From Geosiphon pyriformis uo1 (Eukaryota; Fungi; Glomeromycota): a stretch of DNA of 64,000 nt. Position 1 is the first letter of the stretch. Every line of letters starts with the position of its first letter. The translations under genes and the position numbers were made by a program. The DNA is taken from assembly GCA_016748015.1 (NCBI GenBank), contig JAAOMT010000009.1:2216200-2280199 (forward strand), given 5' to 3'. Shown here in pieces: positions 23,556-36,699 of the stretch. The notes below the pieces were generated by a model. The model did no database searches. It had not been told where the DNA came from and was given only the letters and a program-made list of their open reading frames with translations.

Positions 23556-24810
23556 TTAATCCCTTTTGGATCTCGCCAAAGGATCTTGGATTTTCCAAAT
23601 CCTAAAAAAATAATTCAAGCGGATTTTCAACAAGTCTAAAGCCATCTGAATCGAGTCTTTCATTAATGAGACTTTGGATCCTTCGACTTCATGCCAGCTC
23701 ACTGGTACCTCGATAATAGGTGTTTTGAAGTACTGGGCAATCAACAACAACTCTATGTCGAATATCCATCGCTCTACATGCATACAATGAAAAACACGTT
23801 GTGCCGTTTTCCTTGTAAATAGCTTGAAACCACATTGGGTGTCTTCTATTCCACGAATTCCCAAAATGAATAGTACTTTGTGAAAAGAATGCATCAAGAA
23901 ATTCCGGATAAATGATCGCTAAAAAGAATAGAGTATAAATATCTTACTTATATCCATACATCTAAGAACGAGTAATAGAACTCACCTTCACTACTGCCTC
24001 TGTTTCCATCATATGAGCCCGAGATCCAATTGCTATGCCATAACCGTCGGTTTCAACCTTTGCTAGATTAGTTTCAAGTAAAGCAAGATCCGAAAACTTC
24101 GTAGCCCCATCGGCGTCCACGAATAATAAATATTTACCGCTGGCGGAAAGCATTCCCTGTCGAACAATAGTAGATACACAAATGAATAAGTTGATGAAAA
24201 TTTATATAGATTAAATATTCCATTTCCTACCTGAGTTACAGCACCGCCTTTGCCTCGATTTTTTTCCAATATTAATACTTTCAGGTCTACGTTTGGATGT
24301 TCTTTTCCAAACTTTAATGCAATTTCTGCAGTTTCATCTGTACTTCCGTCATCAACTACTAAAATTTCGTATTTCCTATCATTTTTCTGAGAATTTCGTC
24401 TGTTTTCCAAGTATATATATGTTTCCTGCAACATAATTGGCAATCTTAGTGCTTCATTGTAGGCAGGCACGACTACAGATAAGTCCAGAGTAGCATCTTG
24501 ATAGAGGCTGGGAAGCAATTCTTTTTTGGCAAAAGCCGAACTATAATACCTCTCAGACTCGGTACGTTTACGGGGTTTTGGGTTTACTGCCAGTAAAAAG
24601 GCAACGAACTAAATAAAATATTAAAGATGTTAGTGTTTTCAGATTCATGTCCTTTCTTATTGTTTCTTAAAGATCGAAAGACTTCAGCGACAGCTAACTG
24701 AAAGGTTGAAAAGGAAAAATTCAGCATACCCCACTTCCGGCAATAACACTCAAGGCAGCTAACCAATAAATAAAGTCCAACGTGAAAAAAGAAAAGAGTG
24801 ATGAAAACAT
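23556..24810 (-). CDS. ALG5: Dolichyl-phosphate beta-glucosyltransferase (GT2)
   Basis: [57 protein letters not shown] and WIFDIELL. Confidence 0.95.
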
Positions 24811-26086
24811 CTTATCAAAGTTGTTTTTAAGGTGTAAAGATTTTTCAAGTAATTTGTGTGAGGCTCTGCCACTGATTTCTCACGTGTAATAAAAAAACAA
24901 GTTGGTTGTTTTATAATAAAAAGGAATGTGAAGAGGAATCTAAAGAAGGCTTTGTTTTAAAGAACAGGTTTACTGCAAATCTTCTATAATTATATATGCA
25001 AATCTTATTTATATATGCGAATCTTTATTATTTATTTGTGTATAGGAAAATATCAAGGAGATCATCATGAGTAGCCCTTTATTGGTAACTGACAATTTAA
25101 TTCTGTGACCATTGTTAAAACGTCATGCCCACGCATATCAATTTTAATAAAATACAAAGATTACACCATGTTGTTCTATGTAAGATCAAAGTATGCCTTT
25201 TTTTAAAATTTTCATATCTAAAGAGCTTTATTCAATGAAAACTGCATTTATCTAAAGCAAAAAGGTTTTATATCCATTACACACTTTATTTGTTCTGAAT
25301 AATGATAAATAATCTTTAATTTAATGTAAAAACATAAAAAACAATTTTTTTGCTTTATTTTTAGATTTTAAATAAATTTAAGAATATAATAAACAAAAAA
25401 AAAATATATATCTTGATTATAATTTTTCCAAATAAAAAAACTGTAAATTAAGATAAAATTTTTAATTAATTGCAATTTAACAGTTAATTATAATATTATT
25501 TTTAAATGTTAAATATTTAATACAATTTTATGTCTTAATCAATAAAACTTAAAATTCAATATTAATATTTAAATCACAAAAATAAAATTTATTAATTTTG
25601 AATTTAATTTTATTATCTAAATACAAAAAATAAATCTGTTATAAAATAAAAAACAATTATTTTTAGAGCTTCAAAAAATTTTAAATATAAATAATAATTT
25701 AAACAAGGAATTTAAACATAATAAATATACTTTCAATGCGATTATAGTTTTTCCGATAAACTACTGAAACTATAATAATAAGAATTTCATCAAGTATTAC
25801 ATGGTGTTGATAAATATACCCATTTGCCTTGGTAAATTGAATAGTTCTTTGAATAAGTCTGCCACACAGATGAACCCTCGCCTCCTTTTCCAATTAATAC
25901 CTTATGATAGATATCACTGATAATTTACTCATTATTAAAAAAAAAGATTATCATAGCTGTTAAACAGAGTATGCGCGGAAACAAATCAATGATTACTTGC
26001 AGAATTGATCTCAATTTTTTCGACTCGGTCGCTCCTTTAATTATAGATAGCATGCATCTCGAAGATTTTTTACTCCTCTGCTGGTT

Positions 26087-29000
26087 ATGGCGTTCTGGGG
26101 GTTCAGACGATATAGATCGACTTCAAAATTTTCTTTTCTTTTCTTTATTGTAAAAATGTCTATCTTCGCTAGTTTCCTATTTTTTGTTACCTGGAACACG
26201 ATAATGCCAAATTTAGTGAAGGCTCAACAAAATCCTCTTGCACTGCTAGAAAATAGTGTCGCACGTACCACTAATCAGTCCTTATTTTGGGGCACGTACC
26301 GTCCAAATCTATATTTCGGAACAAGAGCCCGCTTACCCGAATCACTTTTAACTGGTCTGATGTGGTTTGGAGTTGATGACTCAACTAAGTGGCAACGTAT
26401 CCTTTGCTTGTAATATTCGTTATGGATAAAAAAATCCCTCGGTTTTAAGAGCTCCTTAGATCGATAGAGAATAGATATTCGTCATGCTTGTGATCAAGGA
26501 GACGATATGGCCGAATACAGTTACAAAAAACATAACGGACGTTCTTTTGCCATGCAAACTCTCACCGATGAGGAGAATAATGTAACGCTGAAAACTGAAT
26601 TTTTAAAAGTTCTGGGCGGTGATAATGGTGATACATAATTGCTTCGAGAATGTTAAAATTTAAGTTATTCATTAATTATTGATTTCATTTGTTTTCTCCC
26701 AAAAAAAGGTGGCAATTGGGGTGTACGTATTTCCGGAATTCCAACTAACCAAGGTGAATTTTAGCAAATTTATTACTTAATCGATACGCAAGAAATCTTA
26801 TTGTTTTTTTTTATCAGGAAAATCATCAAGGCTGTCTCTTCTATATTATATTGGCCTTCAAGGCGAAGGATCATTAGAGTTGAACAATAAGCTAACGTCA
26901 GAAGTGAGGAAAATCTTATTTTTAAAATATCAGACCAATCTTTATCACTTTAATTAATCAATCTATTTTTAGGGTTTAAGTGATCCAATACTGTTGAAAG
27001 GGGACTCACCTGAACTTGGTAGATTTTCAATCGAGATAAATGATGGTAAGTCTAATATAAATAAAGGACTTAAAATTTTTTTCAATTTTTTGACATAAAT
27101 CTTTCATTTAAAGGTCCTAATAACAAGATTCCAAGCACTATTCCTTCAGAGGTCAATCCCATTCCAGATTTGCACAAAACCCAATACTGGGGGCATCTAG
27201 TTCCTGATGATGACATGTGGCGCGCTAAAGGTGATAATATTCTTAACAATATCAGATTGTCTAACTCCAAAATGTGGGAATCTTTTAAATAATTATCTTT
27301 CGTTCAAAGAATATGTTAGCGGACAAATTAGTCTTAATGTTGAGAACAAACTCGCGGAAAATAGTACTCGTCCTTTACCCTATTGGCTTACTTTACGAAA
27401 TACAGTGAGAGAAGATTCGAATTTCTTCGTATTCCAGAAAATAGTCGAGGCACCGTTTCAGGTGCGACTCTTGAGTTAATATCAATTTTTATAATTTTTG
27501 AATATTAATTGAAACTCTATTTTATAGTTTGACATATATTTCAATTCTGATTCATCACCCACAAATCTTGATGGTTAGACTTTTATTATTAAAAATCTTG
27601 TTTTTGCTTTATTAATTTGCTAAACTATTCCTTTTTTTTTAAGCTTCACGTCTCACGTCAGGTCTTGAATCAAGCTCGCGTGATTTCGATGAAAGATTTG
27701 AAAGAACCTTTGGTCTATTAAAAAAGGGATTCAATATTAAGCAAATTAGAATTGCAAAACTATCACTGAGCAATCTTATCGGAGGAATCGGGTAAATATT
27801 TTTTAGAATCAATTACCCCATTAAAGCTTCCTTTCACCTTTTCTAATTTTAATTCAAATATTGAAGATATTTTTACGGATCAAGTATAGTTGATCGTTCA
27901 TACACATCAGAGGTAGATGAAGACGAAATTAATTTTTGGGATCGAGTTCCCGAACCAGAACCACGATTAACCCCACCTGCCGTTTTATTTACGGCTACAC
28001 CATCGCGTCCGTTTTTCCCTCGTGGATTCTATTGGTAAGACTATAAAAATGCTCATAATATGTCTCCTTATTAATGTCATTTATTTATGAATTTTCAAAG
28101 GGATGAAGGTTTTCATCAACTCTTAATTGGGGAATGGGATAATGATCTCAGGTGAATATTAATTTCATCCCAATTATTTCTTTTTTTATTAATATTGTCT
28201 TATCAGTAATTTATTTTAATACCTTGTTCAGCTTGGATATAATAAGGCATTGGACATCTCTAATAGATAGTGATGGATGGGTAGCACGAGAACAAATCTT
28301 GGGTGAAGAGGCTCGAAGCAAAGTTAGTTTGGTCTAGGAGAAGATGAATGATTTTTATCCTGTTTTCCAAAACTTTATCGGTAAATTTTAACTGAAAACT
28401 AATTTTAGACTTTTTATTATTATCAGGTCCCAGCCCGATTTCAAACGCAATATCCCCATTATGCCAATCCCCCCATGATATTAATGCCTATTAAAGCTTT
28501 CCTTGAAAGACTAGCAAAACATAAAAATGTTGAACATATATCTAATGATGGTAAAACTTAAAGTTGAATTTTCAATCTTTTTTCTTGTTGATTTGTTAGG
28601 ATTAATTGCTTTTCTTTGTAGATGAAACCGAAGAGCATAACTTGGATATCAACAACTTCGTTTCTACTACTGATCCTGCCCTTCTTCCAGATAGACATCT
28701 TATTGACAAGCGGCTTTCCAAAGCTTTTTTACAGAGAGTTTATGTTAAAATAAAATCCAATTATAGATGGTTTAAGAGAACACAACGAGGCGAAATTAAA
28801 GCATGGGGAAGACACGCAACAAATGGTAAGGAGGCGTATCGTTGGCGAGGTCGAACACCTGGACATACCTTGACCTCAGGTAAATGATATAGCTTTGGCA
28901 TAATCTTAAAAGTTTTCTTTGATATCAGTACTTCTGAATGTCCTTTAATTAATTTATTCAGGGCTGGATGATTACCCACGTCCAACTCCACCACATCCTG

Positions 29001-30125
29001 CCGAACTTCACGTGGATCTCATAAGCTGGGTAGGATTTATGGCCAGGACTCTTAAAGATATTGCTTTGGCTTTGAATGAGGATGACGATGCCGAAGATTA
29101 TGAGGACGATTATAATAACATCGTGGCTAATTTACAAGGTATTTTCGATATTCGTTGATACAGGCGGTAAAGACCAATATTTAATTGATTTCCATCGAAT
29201 CCTTATAGATTTACATTGGAGCGAGAACGACAAAGCCTTCTGTGATCTCTCGGTTAATGAAAATGGTATGTTCAAGTTTCAATCTAAAACGTTTGCCATT
29301 TCTGATTTTATATACCAAAAAAGTGCTAAACCGTCATTCTTTTCATAGACGAATCCGTGTTTGTATGTCATAAAGGTTATATATCGATATATCCAATGTT
29401 GTTAAACTTGCTACCAAACGATTCGCCTAAACTGGGAGCCATCTTAGATTTAATTGAAAATCCAGAAGAGCTGTGGTCACCGTATCCTTTAAAACCGGAG
29501 ACTTAATTATTTCTTGATTATTAATCGATTCAAGATATTATTCCTTCAGATATAATTTATCAATAGTTACGGTTTGCGATCACTCTCAAAATCTGATGAA
29601 TTTTTCAACACGGGAGAAAATTATTGGAGAGGACCGGTGTGGATCAATATTAATTATTTAACTTTATCATGTTTGTTTAAGGTAATTATATATTCGTTTT
29701 ATGGTTCAATGCAATATGAATGGAAATTATACTTGTTTTGTTCTTACAGAATTACGCAGTCGTGCCAGGGCCGTATCAGACTCGTGCGCAAAAATTATAT
29801 AGAGAGCTACGGGAGATTATAATAAATAATACGGTCGAGGTAAATAAATTGCGGTTTGCTTCAAAGCCAAAAATTGTGATATTGCACGTCCTCAAATTTT
29901 TCTAAAATCTTCATGTCTAGCAATATGGTCGAAGCGGCTTCTTATGGGAGCAATATTCAGCCATTAACGGAGAAGGATTACGAAGGTATTTATAATTAAT
30001 TTCGTGTAGTGCATAAATATTGACTCACTAACTTATAAAACCATACAATGATGGTCCCAAAATTTAGTCATCCATTTACAGGCTGGACCGCGCTAATAAC
30101 TTTAATCATGGCCGAAATTTATTGA
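26087..30125 (+). CDS. CWH41: ER glucosidase I (mannosyl-oligosaccharide glucosidase, GH63)
   Basis: [70 protein letters not shown] and HPFTGWT. Confidence 0.95.
26397..26474 (+). other. U12-type (minor spliceosome) GT-AG intron
   Basis: Donor GTATCCTTT; branch-like TCCTTAGAT at 26453-26461. Splicing gives WQH-IRHACDQ in frame. Confidence 0.75.
29482..29566 (+). other. U12-type (minor spliceosome) GT-AG intron
   Basis: Donor GTATCCTTT; branch-like TTCCTTCAG at 29541-29549. Splicing gives conserved LWSP-YGLRSLS. Confidence 0.72.
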
Positions 30126-30607
30126 AGAAATTAGCATTATTTGAACGACAGCCAAATGCCAGAAATTAGTATATTGTTTTGGTTTTTTAATAACAACTAT
30201 AAACTAAACGTTTATTTATTTAAATTGTGGATTGGTGAAAAAGCTTTTCTGCAAAAATAAAAATAAAAAGTAAATACAAAATTTAGAAATTGTTGGTCCC
30301 AAATTCGGGGTGTTGGCAAAAAATTAATGAATATATTACAGACGAAAATGGATATCTTGGATTTTTTTTTTACACGAGGAACTATATCTTCTTTTAACAC
30401 GACATTTATCATAATATCCGATTAGAGATGAAAAAGTCAACTATAGTAACCAATTTTCATTGAGCATAGGAGAAATTCAAGATAATTCTAAAACTATTAA
30501 AATAATAAAAAATCCAAATTTAACTAAGGCAAATTGTCCAATCTCGGTTTCCAACCTTAATTTAAGAAAAGTGAAGTATGAATTAAAGTTATTACGATTT
30601 CAAGTTG

Positions 30608-32611
30608 CTACTCCCATCTAGGAACAGTAGCATCGCCTTCCCCCAGCTCACCGCCGACATAGAAGTTCGGTGCCTCATTATCATAATTTATGACCAATTC
30701 ATCTTCCCGATACCGATATACTAATGGCGAGGCATACTTTTTATCAGGTACTATCTGTCGTTCATCTAGGCAACAGCGTCGCCAGCAATCAATAATATCT
30801 TTGGAGGCTACCCTCAGATGAAAATCTATCATATGTAAAAGGTCACGTTCCATGCGAGTAATTTCGTCTGGGGGAAAGACGAAATTTGTCATTTCTGACC
30901 AATAATAACTATTATGATAGTTCGGCATGAATAAAATTGTGTCTACAGAAGATGAAGAATACTCGGATGTGTCACTGTCTGAAGCATTTGTATAGTCCGA
31001 ATCTGCTTGAGCGCTATCGTTGAAATTCGAAGGTATTGAAGATGCGGGAAAATTTGTGTAAATAGCCGAATTGTCATTTGAGACAGAAATATCATCAAGA
31101 ACGTACGAATTTCGCATTATCTCCTCTAGCTCTTCATCTTCATGGATGACTCTTACGGAATTTTGAAGAAGTTCCTCGCGATTTTCAATATCATCTTGAT
31201 CTGAATAATCGTCTTCGTGTCTTACTTTGCGTGAATTTCTCAATAGTTCTTCAATATTATCCTCCTCAAGGGTTATCACGTGTGATTGCCTTATCTGTTC
31301 TTCATCTTCATGTATTAAACCACAATTGAAGTTGCCTTTGTTCGAATCTCCCATTAATTCTGAGAGCTCATCCTCTTTTTTCTTCTCTGATTCTGGAACA
31401 GTTTGTGATTCATATTCTTGTTCAGGATAGTATTCTTCATTTTGTTTGAAGTCATTTGATAGTTGTAGTTGAGTTCTTGGTCGTGCGAAACTTATGTCGA
31501 CATATTTTGATGCGACAACGAATGCAGCAAAAAAGACACGGTGCGAGCATCCAGATTCTCCTTTGAAAAGAGGCTCCATCTTGTAGATATTCATTTGGAT
31601 AAGTATTAGGATGTAATCATTCGCTTTTAAAAAAAAGTTGTCGAAAACTTACCTTCCTTAGCCTTTCGATATATATTAGGGCAAGCATCAATTTCAAACT
31701 AGCCCAATTAGTCCACGCCCACTCGGAAAGAACTTCTTGTTGCTGAATTAATTGAACATTAACTGGATCGTCGGCATCTGGTGGATATCTGGCACGTGCC
31801 AGAATATATTTCACGTAGCTCTTTAGGGTCGTGAATTGGTGATTACTAGTGGGATTTTGTGGTGAAATTGTAAAATTTGGTTCCCACAACGAAAGTATTC
31901 GCTCTGCGTAAAGGTCTTCGTATGAGAGTAGATAATATTAGAATTATTAGCTGTGAAGTCTCAGAGAAAGTAGTGTATTAAAAATTATATATATGCTTGG
32001 TTACCTAAAACGCGTTCACCCATGATAACGTCACGTTCAAAGACCTCGCCTAACGTTCGAAATAAACGGGCACGCGACTCCATTTCAGCAATGGTTTCCG
32101 AGGCGTAAGCTCGGTACAAAGCTTCCTCAAGGGATTCTCCGTCCTCTTCTTCTAACTTCTCTTCCTCTATCTCTTCCCGATTTTCATCTGGTACGGACCA
32201 TCGAACTGATAAGGATTGCGAGCGCGTTGTTGGTGGTTGTGGTGATGGTGGTGGTGGTGATGGTACAGATTCCCTGTGCATACGCGTCTCGGATATATTT
32301 TCACTTGTACGCGCTTCAGTTTCCGCCAAGAAAAAAACGCGTGGCTCTTCTTGTTCGTAGATAAAGCTTTGAATTCCGCGAGATTCATTTTGTTCTCTTG
32401 ATATTGGTAAGAGCGTAGGTGATAAAGGTGTAGATTCACGACGCCACCGTCGCGTTCTTGCTGCAGTAGAGTCCGGTGTTTCAGATCGCGGGTGTTTCGA
32501 AGTGTCTTGATAACGCGTGTCACATTCATTATCTGTTGTCTGATAGTATCTTGGGCAAGAAGAGAGTTCGCTTGAAGAAGCTTGGCCTTTGGAGTCTTGT
32601 AAATTTTGCAT
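30608..32611 (-). CDS. Pho85-type (Pcl-like) cyclin with a long acidic insertion, 3 coding exons
   Basis: LMLALIYIERLRK/MEPLFKGESGCSHRVFFAAFVVASKYVD ... NSYYWSEMT..FPPDEITRMERDLLHMIDFHLRV matches cyclin-box helices. Confidence 0.8.
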
Positions 32612-33087
32612 TTTTTTTAAAAAAAAAATGTAAGAAAGAAGTCAAGTAGGTGTTTAATTATCAGTCGGGATTGTGATTCGAATGAAAAATTTTTTATAAA
32701 GGTGCAAATTAGCCTAATAAAATCAAGAAATTTAGAAATACTTACTTGTTTCATGCTTGTCCACGTGAATGATATATCAAAGGATAGTGTGCAAAGAATC
32801 AGGACGGATCTATAATAAAATCAGCGATAACAGGGGCAACAAAGAGCGGCTCTTGACGAAAGATGTTCCCAAGATATGCAGGACGCTTGCAGCGACTAGC
32901 GAGAAGTTTTAATGGGAGGCATTGCTTTACAAGTTTAAACTGTTCTGAGATTAGCGGATCTTATAAATAGGGCTGTACATAAGATAAAGTATTACAAGTT
33001 TGTTTTTAGGGAAATGCAAAGATAATCAAGGTCAAGTAAAGCTACCAAAATTATAATAACGCGTCGTAAAAAAATATTTTTTAAAGT

Positions 33088-33991
33088 TTACATTACAAAA
33101 TATGTATCTATTGTATTTGCGGGCAATCTTACATTATCAATGAAATCGAAATCATGTCCGAGTTTTTCAACCACGATTACTAAAGTTTTTCGAAAAATAC
33201 TAAACCCCGTGTATTTTACATATTGCTCTTTATCCATTTCACTTCCTGAAGATTCCTTTTCTTCGTCATCTTCATACTCAAATTGGATAGACAAGCGTTT
33301 TTTACCAGATTTTTTTTGTTTTGCTTCAAGCTTGTTGAGAGACGGGAATTCGTTCGATTTTTCCTAAGATTTAAGAAATAATTTTATGTTTTGATGAAAA
33401 AAAAATCATTTTATACTCAAGCAATGATAAAGGCCCAGTTAGAAATGGAAGTTTAGTGGTGGAACTTTTAATCGAAAAAATGTACCTTAAATAAAATTGA
33501 ATGGCGTACATCGGTTGGTCGCAAGTAATAAGCAAACTGGTAGCCCTCTTTTAATGAGATTTTGAATACGATATTATGACTAGGAAGCAGTTCAAAATAA
33601 TAATACTTTGCTAATCATAATTCTGAAGATACCAGCGACACATAAGTTCCCCTTTATTTCTTTATCATCTACAACTGCCATAGAAGAAATATTTTTCTTT
33701 TTCCTCAGGGCAAGTTTTTCGGGCAGATGTTTATGCAACGTGATCAGGATTTCCTGTTTAATAAAATTAGTTGTAATCATAATCATCTTTTTTAATGAGT
33801 TTCTTGAGGTAAAAAAATTTTCAAAGTTTTATTGATACTTGAAACATCGCATCGTTAAACCAGTCTGTATATTCTGGTCTAAGATAGAGTAAAAGAGGAA
33901 TAACTTTTTTCTCCGAAACTCGAAGATAACGGAGAGTACGTGTTGAATAGATATTTTTCTTTTCAGTTATAGTTTTAGTAGAATCTGACAT
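33088..33991 (-). CDS. Conserved fungal protein, Saw1/SLX4IP-like (tentative), 4 exons
   Basis: Spliced frame RYLRVSEKKVIPLLLYL..DWFNDAMFQ/EILITL...EGYQFAYYLRPT...VKYTGFSIFRKTLVIVVE. The gene model is well supported; the family call rests on remembered motif similarity. Confidence 0.55.
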
Positions 33992-34160
33992 TTTTGAGAT
34001 GATTTCTTGAAGTTAGCTTAGTTTCAATTTATGCAGTGGAAGTAAAAAAATATGTAGAGCACAGATTTGAGGAATTCATCGGCTGATGATTACGCAAGTG
34101 CTTATAAAACTTTTGATATTTTTTTATTAAATATTTTAAATTTTTATATTATAATCATAT

Positions 34161-34191
<31 letters not shown>

Positions 34192-34448
34192 TAAGATTTC
34201 AACATTCAAAAATAATTTAAATAATCTATTAAATTTATTTTTCTTATTTTCACTAATTCAAAGTTATAAAACAACATTTGTTAATTTTAAAGCACAAGAA
34301 TCTAACAATCATAGCATGCATAAATGGTCAGTATGTTACATTAACCTTTTTTGGCCATTGTTTTAATATTAAGACCCATTTTTTTAAACTTAAATCAATT
34401 AAAGAATGCCGATCAAATTTCACCAAATTATCGGAGCAAGAAACAAAA

Positions 34449-36500
34449 ATGTTTAAAAAGAAACGCGTTAAAAAAGAAAAGTTTACCTTCCCTGACAATT
34501 TTCAGGATCTCGGTTATAAGATTGATGAAAGTGAACAGTTGACAACTCTTGACGGTTAGGGAGTACCTTAAATCTTTTCATTCAATTTTTTTTTTAAAAA
34601 ATAACAATAAAATTTAATCTTTCATCTTTATATTTTTAGGAGAACCGTACAAATTTGATACAAAAAATCGTCCGTACAGTGAAGCTTTGTATAGTACTCT
34701 TATAGGTATGACCTGATTTTTGATAATATTTCCCTTAAGTCACTCGGGCTTTTTCTAGTCGGGACTTTGATTTGTGCTGTTTACTTTTACAGATATGCTT
34801 ACTAAATATGCTGGGGTGAAGCTTCAATCGGAAAATGGACTAGTTAAAACCTTACTTCCTATTGGTGTCAAAGAGTCTGAAATACACAACTGTATATTTC
34901 TGAGGTATATTTTGAATACATATATATATATATATATATAAAAGTCATTGAATAATTGGCCGTTGAGATTTAATTTAAAACATTCTTTTCAGTCCCGATT
35001 ATTTAACCAACGAAAATATGTGCATATTTATTCCTGGCACATCCCACACGTATAACATACTCTTATTTTTTCTTGGTAATCATGTCTCAAATAAATTGTC
35101 CAGTCAATAATAACAGGATACCTGGAATCATATAATTGAACAGTGTTGGTGTATGGTCTCGCCGTGTGATGACTGATCTATCGGTTTCGGCAAGTTAGCA
35201 CTCTCTAGGTGGTCTTTAGCCTTTGATTTATATATTGGGCTTATTTAAAATTTTCAACATCGGACAAATTTAGGAAGGCGCAATGATAGCATATACCAAA
35301 CGTGCAAGAGATATTGGCTGTTCGGTAGTTATCACGAATCCAAATGAGATTTTTTGGTACAAAGGTAAACCAGCAGTAAGTAATTAATACAGAAATTTAC
35401 AAACTGCTGAGCAATATTGATAAGATTCATAGTATTTCTTTTAACCTCCAAATTTCTTTCTTTTCTTACCGAATCAATTAGTTCACTCTACCAAAACCCA
35501 CAGTTACTTTTGATCCCATACCAGGTATGAATTCAAAAAAATTTGATATGTTATTTTCCTTCTCTATAAAATTGTTGGAAATCAAAAATGTTCTAAATGT
35601 AACCTTTTTAAAGAAAACGATTCACCTGAAGCACATTTGGAATATGTTTTTAACAATTTTGTAATGTGAGTTGATTTTATCAAAAGTCTTTTTTTTAGCC
35701 AAATAATGTGTTTAATTAGTTAACCTTTCATTCTATTTTATAGACCTTCCGAGGCGAAAAAGATATTTATTGTTGCCAGCAGCTACGGGGGGCATTGCGC
35801 CGTTAATATAATGCAAAAGAACTGTAGGTTTTTTTAATACTTTTCTGAGAATCGATATTGTTTACTGTTTTCTCTAAGCAAGATTTTTCTTAGTTGATAT
35901 ACTTAGAAATAGGGTAAAATCAATTGAGTTTACTACCACCACTCATTCAATTGATTTTGTTAAACGAGATATTATAAAAGTTTGGATAAGAGAGGTAAGA
36001 AGATTTTGTCTACGGAAAAACATATTTTTCCTACTTTGCAAACAATCATTTTTTTTTCTCTATAATTAATTATTTTCTCTTTGTAGCATTGTCGAAATTG
36101 GATCGTATCCGATCAGCCTTTGGGCGAAGAGATTGTCGATCCAAGATTTGGTTGTGTCAATTACTCTTCAGGTATGAAATTAGTTCAAGAATCTCATTTC
36201 TATATTTCATAAAATTATTTAATATGAATTTCTCACCTAGGATGTCAATTATATGAATACGTGGTGCATTCTGTCATTGATTTTGTCTTTGAGCATTTCA
36301 TAAAAAAAATAGAAGAGCCAGATGATTGGATCGCAAATGATCTCGATGACGAAGAAGATCTCGAAGCTTTGGAACGTGAAGCCGAGCATATATTTGCAAA
36401 TAGTAAAATCATTAATGTAGAAAATGGAATAGAAATAATTCCTAATGACGTAGCAGATAATCCGATTCCTAAGGAAGAGCTGGACAGTAATTGGCTGTAA
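34449..36500 (+). CDS. Arb2/FAM172-domain protein
   Basis: FPDNFQDLGY, CIFLS/PDYLTNE..IFIPG, VGVWSRR, V(V)ITNPNE, SPEAHLEYVF, IFIVASSYGG and HCRNWIVS; many short introns. Confidence 0.82.
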
Positions 36501-36699
36501 AAATTTCCTTTGACTACCACAATAAAGGCGCGCCCAAAGACAATTGCAAAAAATAAAACTTCTTATTATATAATTTAAATTTTAACTTTCACTTAAGGCA
36601 TGAATACACAAACTAATTTTTGCTTTGTAAATTATTTCAATGAATGGTTGAATAAGTTTCTCATTCAATAATTTAATCAACTTCATCTAATTTATTTTT

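Noticed and set aside
24880-24887. TCACGTG E-box upstream of ALG5 (also CACGTG near 32762)
   Set aside because: Isolated hexamers are expected by chance.
33545-33636. Intron starting GTATCTTC in the Saw1-like gene as a third U12 intron
   Set aside because: The donor deviates from GTATCCTT and there is no clear U12 branch site.
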